From a virus (taxonomy: Duplodnaviria; Caudoviricetes): a stretch of DNA of 27,754 nucleotides. The translations under genes were made by a program, and so were the position numbers. The stretch lies in the IMG/VR virus record IMGVR_UViG_3300020168_000026, positions 1 to 27,754 of that record. One strand, 5' to 3'. Shown here piece after piece: positions 15,985 through 22,526 of this stretch. Below the pieces are notes generated by a model. It was not told the DNA's origin and did not search any database. It worked only from the letters and a program-made list of their open reading frames with translations. Every line of letters starts with the position of its first letter. The stretch's first letter is position 1.

Positions 15985-16099
15985 ACGCTGGACGCCTCGC
16001 CTTTCCGATATTTCTTCGCTTTTCCGCTTGCGCTCGATATCGCCCGCGTCTATAAATAGAGCATCGACGGGGCAACGACGCCCCAGGAGGAGAGAGACC
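15985..16099 (+). promoter_or_regulatory. promoter cassette P7
   Basis: ACGCTGGACGCCTCGCCTTT box; TTGCGC 16028 - 17 bp - TATAAA 16051; hairpin GGGGC-AACGAC-GCCCC; SD. Confidence 0.85.
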
Positions 16100-16327
16100 A
16101 TGACCGCACTTGACGCCGACCTCGCCCGCTTCGCCGCCTCTGACCTTCGCCTCGCCCGCAAGCAAGGGGACGCCCTCATCGGCCAGACCCGCCTCGGGAC
16201 GCTCTCGCTCCGCTACGACGCGGGCCACTACTCCCTGACCACCACGGGGATCGCGCCCACGGTGATCGCGGAGGGCAAGGCCGCGACGGTCAAAGCCGCG
16301 CTGGCCGACTGCTACCTGATCGACTAG
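16100..16327 (+). CDS. small cassette protein (75 aa)
   Basis: ATG 16100 after the P7 SD. Confidence 0.8.
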   Translation: MTALDADLARFAASDLRLARKQGDALIGQTRLGTLSLRYDAGHYSLTTTGIAPTVIAEGKAATVKAALADCYLID

Positions 16328-16336
16328 CAACCCAGA

Positions 16337-16363
16337 GCCCGCCCGGGGGCCTTGTACCCGGGA
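16337..16363 (+). ncRNA. 27-nt pseudoknot-like motif, copy e
   Basis: GCCCG CCCGGG GGC CTTGTA CCCGGG A. Confidence 0.6.
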
Positions 16364-16376
16364 GGAGGAGAGAGAG

Positions 16377-16544
16377 ATGAGCAACTGGTCTGTGATGACG
16401 TTCCGCGCCGGGAGCCGTGTCTGGCGCTCCCAGATCCGCCGCAACGGGCGGATCGTGCAAGAGATCGAGTACACCGGCACGAAGCGTGCCGCGGAGACTG
16501 ACGCCCGCGTGACGATGGAGGCCCTCGCTAGGGCCGAGAGCTAG
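16377..16544 (+). CDS. small cassette protein (55 aa, below the ORF-track cutoff)
   Basis: SD GGAGGAGGAG; MSNWSVMTFRAGSRVWRSQIRRNGRIVQEIEYTGTKRAAETDARVTMEALARAES. Confidence 0.75.
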   Translation: MSNWSVMTFRAGSRVWRSQIRRNGRIVQEIEYTGTKRAAETDARVTMEALARAES

Positions 16545-16554
16545 GGAGGGAGCC

Positions 16555-16752
16555 ATGAACAACCCCGGCCATTGCATCACCCCCGGAGGGGAACTCGGAG
16601 CGATCTGGACCTTCACCTCCAGGGCGGACGCCGCCGCGTGGCGGGAGGAGTTGAGGCGGGAGAACCCGGATCAACGTGTGCGGATCGTGCGGCGGACGCT
16701 GGCCGTGCTGGGGTCGTCCACGCCGATCTTCTGCCTCGTGATCGGAGGCTAA
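16555..16752 (+). CDS. small cassette protein (65 aa)
   Basis: SD GGGAGG; FTSRADAAAW motif. Confidence 0.7.
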   Translation: MNNPGHCITPGGELGAIWTFTSRADAAAWREELRRENPDQRVRIVRRTLAVLGSSTPIFCLVIGG

Positions 16753-16767
16753 AGAGGAGACGGAGAG

Positions 16768-16794
16768 GCCCTGGGGAAATCCTCGGGGCTTTTT
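16768..16794 (+). terminator. probable intrinsic terminator
   Basis: GCCCTGGGG-AAAT-CCTCGGGGC-TTTTT (two G-U pairs). Confidence 0.65.
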
Positions 16795-16889
16795 CTTTCG
16801 CTTTTTTTCGCTTTTCCGCTTGCGCCCAATATCGAGGGGGTCTATAAATAATCCAACGGGGGCACGGAGCACCCGGGAGGAGAGAGAAC
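16795..16889 (+). promoter_or_regulatory. promoter cassette P8
   Basis: TTGCGC 16820 - 17 bp - TATAAA 16843; hairpin with ACGGA loop; SD GGAGGAGAGAGA. Confidence 0.85.
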
Positions 16890-17147
16890 ATGACCACGAA
16901 CGCCGCCAACTACGCCGACCTCAACAACTGGTTCTCGATTCGCCGCGGCGATGGTCTCGATGTCCTGCGGTCCAAGGACAGCAAGTGCGAGATCCGTAGC
17001 TATCGTGACGAGGTCTCCGGCGAGCGGGTGTATGACCTGTACTACCAGCGGCCCGGATCGCTCGGTGCGATGGCTTTCGGTGACACCTACCAGAGCAGCC
17101 AGACGGCGGCGGAGGCCGCGCCCGGACTCTTCGAGGTGTCGCGCTAA
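16890..17147 (+). CDS. small cassette protein (85 aa)
   Basis: ATG after the P8 SD. Confidence 0.8.
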   Translation: MTTNAANYADLNNWFSIRRGDGLDVLRSKDSKCEIRSYRDEVSGERVYDLYYQRPGSLGAMAFGDTYQSSQTAAEAAPGLFEVSR

Positions 17148-17159
17148 GTCAACCCACGA

Positions 17160-17186
17160 GCCCCGCCCCGGGCCTAGTACGGGGCA
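17160..17186 (+). ncRNA. 27-nt pseudoknot-like motif, copy f
   Basis: GCCCC GCCCCG GGC CTAGTA CGGGGC A; not followed by an SD. Confidence 0.6.
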
Positions 17187-17189
17187 CCC

Positions 17190-20100
17190 TTGACGGTTGC
17201 GCGATCTTATGCCCGCGCGTACTTTGCTCGCGTGGAAGACAACGGCTCACTCACTTGGACCCTGGCGGTTGACGCGGCGACGGTGGAACGCGCCAAGGCC
17301 ACGGGTCAGCCCCAGATCACCGTCCCGCGCGAGATCACCGCCCTGGCGACTCAGGCCCCAAGCGGGCTCCCTCGGAAGGACTACGCGCCCCCGAGCGTCT
17401 ACGTCTCCGGGGGTGAGGTCCAGCTAGAGCACAACGACCGGCTCGATCAGGATCAGTGGTTCGGGTTCGACGGGTACATCGGCTTCCGGGACAAGATGGT
17501 CCGCGAGTGGCCGATCCTCCAGGCGGGGAAACTGGCCTGGAGCCTCTCCACGCTCTCGCGCCAGTGGCGGATCGATCCCCCGAAGGGCGGCGATTCCCGC
17601 GACCTGATGATCGCGGAGTTCGCCCGCACGGTGATCGATGACCACTACGCGGGCGGCGGCGGCGGGATGATGGGCCTCCTGAGCCAGTTCGCCACGCTCC
17701 CGACGGATGGCTTCGTCCTGGGCCAGCCATACTATCCGGTCGATCCCACGATCACGGTCCGCGATGACTCCGGGGCCGTGGTCCTACAGGGCGCACACAC
17801 GCTCCAGATCGCTCCGATCCCCGCGTGGAACGTCCAGTATTGGCTCCCCGAGCCGGGGCCGCACAATCGGACCGTGTGGGGCGTGGAGGTGTACAACGTC
17901 GGAGGGGACGAGGAGATCGCCAAGGCGACCCGCGCCCGCAACTACGACAACGTGCGATTTAGGGCGGATCAGCTAGTCCACGCGCGCTTTATGCCCCAGG
18001 GGAACGACCCCGCGCCCTATGGCCTCCTCCGGCCCAACTGGAGCCTCTGGGAACAGTGGCGCACCCTGAGCAAGCTCCAGATCAACGGGTGGCAGAAGGC
18101 GGCATTCGGGATCCCACAGATCGAGACGACGGCGGAGGCGAACCCCGGCGATATCGCCACGGTGAATCAGATCGTCTCCAACCTCCGCGCGGGGGCTCTG
18201 GCGAGGTACTCCCTCCCGCCCGGGTTCCGGGTCACCTACCGGGAGGTGCCGTTCAGAGCGGGCGACCTCGACAAGACCAAGCAGCAACTCAAGATGGACG
18301 CCCTCGCCGGGATGTTCGCTCAGCATGTGGCGACCGGCTCCGCCAACGGGACCCAGGCCCTCCACGGGAGCCAGAAGCAGGAGTTCCACGCCCTGGCCGA
18401 GTATGTGGCGCGGACCATCGTCTCCACCCTGACGCGCGGCCCCGTCTCCACGGCCCCCTTGAAGCGTCTGGTCTCGCTCAATTTCCGGGACGTGGAATCC
18501 TATCCGGTCCTGTCCTTCGGCCCCATGCCGGTCTCGGACCCGTCCGAGTTCGTGGCCGCGATCACGAAGGCATCCGACGCGGGCGCGTTGACTCTGGACG
18601 GCGGGATCGAGGCCACGATCCGCGATGCGCTGAACCTGCCTGAGATGCCGATGGAGACCTCGGCCCAGTGGAAGGCGCGACTCCAGAACGAGGCCCCGCC
18701 GAACATCACGCCGACCCAGGCGGACACGGGCGAGGAGGACGAGCCAGACGGACCGGACGAGCCCCCGGAAGGTCCGCCCGATGGGGACGGCGGCGGAGTC
18801 ACTGACTCGGGCGGCGAGGAGGCCGACGAGGCGGAGGATCAGTCCGAGGTCCGAGCGGCGGCGGAAGACCCCGCGAAGACTCCCGCCCTCCCTGAGGAGC
18901 GGGTCCGCGGCTCGAAGAAGAACCCCGAGGGATCCGCCAGTGGAAAGCGAGGCGGGATCGAGGTCTCGCCCGCGGTGGAGGAGGCCCTACGCGCCAAGGT
19001 CGAGGACCACAACGATGGCCGCACCTCGAAGGCTCGACGGGTGGACCTGGGCGCTCTGAAGGCTGTGTATCGACGCGGGGCGGGTGCCTTCTCCGTCTCC
19101 CACCGTCCAGGGATGACCCGGAACCAGTGGGCAATGGGGCGCGTCAACGGGTTCCTCCGCCGCGTGGCTGGCACCGGAGGCCACCCCCAGGACGATGATC
19201 TGCTCCCAGAGGGCCACCCGAACAAGCCACAGGCCGCGGCGGATCTGCTCCCCGAGTCCCGCGTGATGGGGGATCGGATCGTGGCCGGTCCCGGTGGTCG
19301 CGCGGTCCGTCCGATCGAGACGGTGATCCGCCTCTCGGAGACCCTCGCGGTCACGAACGCCGGGAAGGACGAGGTGACGAAGGTCCTCGTGGACTGGCGG
19401 ATGGAGACCGCGAAGGAGTACGGGGACAGGCTGGAGAAGGACGCCGAGACCCTCGGGGACGTGGCGGACATCCCGGTCCCGAACGAGCGCGAGCTAGAGC
19501 GGAACCTGATCACCGCCCTCCGCCGTGTGTACCGCTCGGGGCGGCTCTCCGTCGAGAGCGAGATGGATCGCCTGGAGGATGACCCGTCCTTGGCGGCGGA
19601 CCTCGCAACCGGTGAGGCCAAGGTGGGCTCCCCGGGGATTCCAGCGCCGGAGAGGACCCTGGTGGCCTCCGCGGAGTCAGACACACACATTCCCCCGGAA
19701 TCGGTGCGAAAGGCCGCGAGAGACGCTCTCAGCGCCCGCAAGGACGCACACCCAAGCGAGCGAGGGATGACCGCGGTGGGTCTGGCCCGTGCTCGGGACC
19801 TCGCGAACGGACGCCCGGTCACGATCGCCACGATGCGTCGGATGAGGTCCTACTTCGCCCGCCATGAGGTGGACAAAGAGGGCGCGACTTGGGACGAGAA
19901 GGGCAAGGGCTGGCAAGCGTGGCAGGGCTGGGGCGGCGACCCTGGCCGCGAGTGGGTGGAGCGGATCTTGGAGCGCGAGGACGCCCGCGCGATGGCTGAG
20001 CACGCCGCTTGCCCCGCGGCGACTCAGAGCGTCCAGATCAACACCCGGAACCGGGACGCGACGGTCCGCCAGTTCGGCTATGGGCCGCTCAATGTGGACC

Positions 20101-21014
20101 GCCCTGGGGACTTCTGGGAGGAGATCGCGGAGGCGTGGGACACGTCCGAGGAGGCGGCGCGGGAGAGCCTCTGCGGGAACTGTGTCGCCTTCGATGTGTC
20201 CCCCAGGATGGAGGCATGTATGCCGGGGCCGGTGTCCGACGAGGACGGGCGGCTCGGGTACTGCCACATGCACCACTTCAAATGCCACAGCGCGCGGACG
20301 TGCCGAACGTGGGCGAAGGGCGGACCCATCACCGAGGACGAGGTCTCCCTGGAGTGGCAGGAGCGGTCCTCGGGGGCTGTGGCGTCCTCTGATCACGTCC
20401 ACGGCCCCGGCTGTGGGTGCGGGTCTTCCGGGGCGCTCCTCGACTCTCGGAGGCTCGTGGAGCGGATCCGCGCGATGGCGGATCAGCCCAAGGCCGGAGG
20501 GAGGCGGAAGGTCCGCGCGCCGAAGCCCGCCCCGGCCCAGCCTGAGAGCGAGGTGGACGAGATCGAGCCGAACGAGGCGATCGAGTCCGTGGCGCGGACG
20601 ACCGTGGCGGCGATGGTCGCGCGGCTCCGCAACCGAGCCCAGAGCGTCCTCCAGAACGCCGGGATCGGCGGGGCTCTGCCCACCCTCGGGATCGGGGCTC
20701 TGGTGACGAGCGCGATCCGCGCCCTCTCTCCCGGCACGGAGGCCAATCAAGCGCAAGCGGATGTGAATACCACCTTCGGCCTGGGGCGAGCCCAGCAACA
20801 ACGGGCCGAGGGCGCGGACCGGTTCATCTTCAGCAACCTCTTGGAGAGCCAGACCTGCCAGTTCTGCGATCAGTTCGACGGGACCGTTTTCGGCCCCGAT
20901 GAACTGGACTTCTTCGCCACGCCCTTCCAGCTATGCGAGGGCGGGGACAAGTGCAACTGTCTGATCCTCGCGGTCCCGCCCGAGCAGGAAGAGTTCCGGC
21001 CCGACCTCGGGTGA
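17190..21014 (+). CDS. portal protein (Mu gp29/DUF935-like) fused to a MuF/SPP1 gp7-like head morphogenesis domain with inserted domains; start may be GTG 17232
   Basis: Portal motifs PYGLLRP..W, KAAFGIP, GTQAL, LKRLVSLNF, IRDALNLP; C-terminal TCQFCDQFDG...PFQLCEGGDKCNC typical of MuF; located after terL. Confidence 0.85.
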   Translation: MTVARSYARAYFARVEDNGSLTWTLAVDAATVERAKATGQPQITVPREITALATQAPSGLPRKDYAPPSVYVSGGEVQLEHNDRLDQDQWFGFDGYIGFRDKMVREWPILQAGKLAWSLSTLSRQWRIDPPKGGDSRDLMIAEFARTVIDDHYAGGGGGMMGLLSQFATLPTDGFVLGQPYYPVDPTITVRDDSGAVVLQGAHTLQIAPIPAWNVQYWLPEPGPHNRTVWGVEVYNVGGDEEIAKATRARNYDNVRFRADQLVHARFMPQGNDPAPYGLLRPNWSLWEQWRTLSKLQINGWQKAAFGIPQIETTAEANPGDIATVNQIVSNLRAGALARYSLPPGFRVTYREVPFRAGDLDKTKQQLKMDALAGMFAQHVATGSANGTQALHGSQKQEFHALAEYVARTIVSTLTRGPVSTAPLKRLVSLNFRDVESYPVLSFGPMPVSDPSEFVAAITKASDAGALTLDGGIEATIRDALNLPEMPMETSAQWKARLQNEAPPNITPTQADTGEEDEPDGPDEPPEGPPDGDGGGVTDSGGEEADEAEDQSEVRAAAEDPAKTPALPEERVRGSKKNPEGSASGKRGGIEVSPAVEEALRAKVEDHNDGRTSKARRVDLGALKAVYRRGAGAFSVSHRPGMTRNQWAMGRVNGFLRRVAGTGGHPQDDDLLPEGHPNKPQAAADLLPESRVMGDRIVAGPGGRAVRPIETVIRLSETLAVTNAGKDEVTKVLVDWRMETAKEYGDRLEKDAETLGDVADIPVPNERELERNLITALRRVYRSGRLSVESEMDRLEDDPSLAADLATGEAKVGSPGIPAPERTLVASAESDTHIPPESVRKAARDALSARKDAHPSERGMTAVGLARARDLANGRPVTIATMRRMRSYFARHEVDKEGATWDEKGKGWQAWQGWGGDPGREWVERILEREDARAMAEHAACPAATQSVQINTRNRDATVRQFGYGPLNVDRPGDFWEEIAEAWDTSEEAARESLCGNCVAFDVSPRMEACMPGPVSDEDGRLGYCHMHHFKCHSARTCRTWAKGGPITEDEVSLEWQERSSGAVASSDHVHGPGCGCGSSGALLDSRRLVERIRAMADQPKAGGRRKVRAPKPAPAQPESEVDEIEPNEAIESVARTTVAAMVARLRNRAQSVLQNAGIGGALPTLGIGALVTSAIRALSPGTEANQAQADVNTTFGLGRAQQQRAEGADRFIFSNLLESQTCQFCDQFDGTVFGPDELDFFATPFQLCEGGDKCNCLILAVPPEQEEFRPDLG

Positions 21015-21029
21015 TCTGGGGGGTCTTGA

Positions 21030-21470
21030 GTGTTCACGTCCCACCGCTTTCCGCGGCCCTTCTGGTACCCCACGATCTCCTTCTTCCAGTCCCCGGTGAC
21101 GAAGGACGTGGCCCTAGCTCCGACTCCAGGGACCCTGACGGCGACGGCGGCGGCTGAGTATGGGCGGGTAGGCACCTCGGAGGCGCGGCACATCGCCTAC
21201 GCCCACCTCCACCACGAGGTGGACGGCTCCTCGGGCTCCACCACTATGGAGATGTACCGGAGGCGGGGCGCGGTGGTGACTCTGATCGCGAACGTGACCT
21301 TGGCCGCGGGCTCGGGGGACTTCACGACCGTGGCGTGGACCTTCACCTCCCCCGCGGTCCAGTACCTCCAGGCGGGGGATTACCTCCACGTCCAGGCCAC
21401 GAGCAAGATGGGCGGGAGCCCCGTGGCGTTCATCGACGTGCATTGGGACGCCTTTGAGGGGCTCGGATAG
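21030..21470 (+). CDS. putative beta-rich virion protein (146 aa)
   Basis: Thr/Ala/Gly-rich with LQAGDYLHVQ; follows the portal gene. Confidence 0.6.
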   Translation: MFTSHRFPRPFWYPTISFFQSPVTKDVALAPTPGTLTATAAAEYGRVGTSEARHIAYAHLHHEVDGSSGSTTMEMYRRRGAVVTLIANVTLAAGSGDFTTVAWTFTSPAVQYLQAGDYLHVQATSKMGGSPVAFIDVHWDAFEGLG

Positions 21471-21652
21471 TGGCGCGACCCCCACGGACCACACTCCCAG
21501 ACGGGATCGGCAAGGAGGCGGATCGGGTGGTCGCACTCCGCGAGGGATTGACCGCGGACGCGGTGCGGAAGATGCGCCAGAAAGCGCAGATCCCCTCGGC
21601 CCACGGATGGGGAGGGGATCGGCGCTCGAAGGACTGGCGGGAGAAGGGCTAG
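21470..21652 (+). CDS. small basic DNA-binding-like protein (60 aa)
   Basis: DRVVALREGLTADAVRKMRQKAQIP is HTH-like; GGDRRSK tail; start overlaps the upstream stop. Confidence 0.55.
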   Translation: MARPPRTTLPDGIGKEADRVVALREGLTADAVRKMRQKAQIPSAHGWGGDRRSKDWREKG

Positions 21653-21831
21653 ACGTACCGGCGACCGTGCGAGTCTCGAATGGAGACGGACTCGACGTGA
21701 AGGTTCATGAACTTGAACCCGGACTTCCGATGCCAAGCCACATAGGCGGCGCTCTCCTCGGCCTCTGATTCTGACGGGTACTCCCCCACGAGCACCCAAG
21801 ACCTTCCGGTAAAGAACTCGACACAGAACAT
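21649..21831 (-). CDS. small cassette protein (60 aa)
   Basis: ATG 21831 after the P9 SD; MFCVEFFTGRSWVLVGEYPSESEAEE... Confidence 0.75.
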   Translation of the reverse strand: MFCVEFFTGRSWVLVGEYPSESEAEESAAYVAWHRKSGFKFMNLHVESVSIRDSHGRRYV

Positions 21832-21931
21832 CACTCTCTCCTCCCGCGGCGCTTCGTGCCCCGCTAGTGAGTTAGTTATAGAAACCAGCCAGACCGGACG
21901 CAAGCGGAAAACGGAAGAAAGTTGGAAAAAG
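21832..21931 (-). promoter_or_regulatory. promoter cassette P9
   Basis: Minus strand TTGCGT (21903-21898) - 17 bp - TATAAC (21880-21875); hairpin with ACGAA loop; SD GGAGGAGAGAG. Confidence 0.85.
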
Positions 21932-21944
21932 AGCCCCAAGCACG

Positions 21945-21967
21945 AAACCCCGCACGGGGCGGGGCTT
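21945..21967 (-). terminator. terminator-family hairpin
   Basis: Minus strand AAGCCCCGC-CCCGT-GCGGGGTTT; same family as 12759 and 15950, with a short U-tract. Confidence 0.6.
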
Positions 21968-21986
21968 GTGTGCGGCCCGTGTGGGC

Positions 21987-22349
21987 TCAATCGACGTAGG
22001 ATAGCTGAGCGTCGCAAGCCCGTTTCCAAACCGCCGCCCGGTAAGCCGCGCGCTCGTCCCAATCGCCCCAATCGTCCTCTCCCGCAGCCTCGCAAGCCGC
22101 CTCCCAATCGTCCTCTCCCGCAGCCTTGCGAGCCGCCGCCAGTTCGCCGTCCAGCCAAGCCTCGGCGGCATCGCAGAGCGCCATCGCGGCCTCAACGTCA
22201 CCGCCGCGGGCTGCGGCCTTAACCTCATCCTCGACTCCCCACAAGGCGGCGCGGTTGAACTCGGCGGCGCTAGCGGCGAAACCGGCCTCGATAGCCTCGC
22301 CCTGGAGGTTGCGGTAGAGGCGGCGGAAGATGGTCAGGTCGTTGTTCAT
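21987..22349 (-). CDS. acidic Ala-rich cassette protein (120 aa) with internal 12-aa duplication
   Basis: ATG after P10; about 26 D/E versus 12 K/R; AAGEDDW twice (36-bp period, 22067-22137). Confidence 0.8.
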   Translation of the reverse strand: MNNDLTIFRRLYRNLQGEAIEAGFAASAAEFNRAALWGVEDEVKAAARGGDVEAAMALCDAAEAWLDGELAAARKAAGEDDWEAACEAAGEDDWGDWDERAAYRAAVWKRACDAQLSYVD

Positions 22350-22462
22350 GGTGTCTCTCCGGGCGGGTTGTTGTTGTTGTGTCCCGCTGACGATTTATTT
22401 ATAGAACGCCCCCACATTCAGCGCAAGCGGAAAAGCGAAGAAAGTTGGAAAAAGATCCGGGA
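22350..22462 (-). promoter_or_regulatory. promoter cassette P10
   Basis: Minus strand TTGCGC (22426-22421) - 17 bp - TATAAA (22403-22398); hairpin GCGGG-(ACA-rich loop)-CCCGC; SD GGAGAG. Confidence 0.85.
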
Positions 22463-22526
22463 GCGGGCCTCCGTCCCCGTTTTTTCCGTTTGAATCCGCA
22501 CCCGTTACGCTTGCAACCTTTCCGCG

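Noticed and set aside
5106-17186. 27-nt motif as a known self-cleaving ribozyme or intrinsic terminator
   Set aside because: It lacks the hammerhead, twister, pistol and HDV core sequences I can recognise and has no U-tract. Kept as an unclassified motif.
18839-20801. 330-aa and 374-aa minus-strand ORFs
   Set aside because: Antisense shadows of the portal fusion with no motifs.
13722-21014. Inteins or introns explaining the terL or portal length
   Set aside because: No C...HN-[CST] splice motifs, LAGLIDADG motifs or frame interruptions seen.
22368-22380. (TTG)n microsatellite as a phase-variation tract
   Set aside because: Only four units, and it is the expanded loop of the P10 leader hairpin.
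4771-22462. Classical integron or IS origin for the cassettes
   Set aside because: No integrase or transposase in the window, no attC RYYYAAC/GTTRRRY ends or terminal inverted repeats, and the cassettes carry their own promoters.
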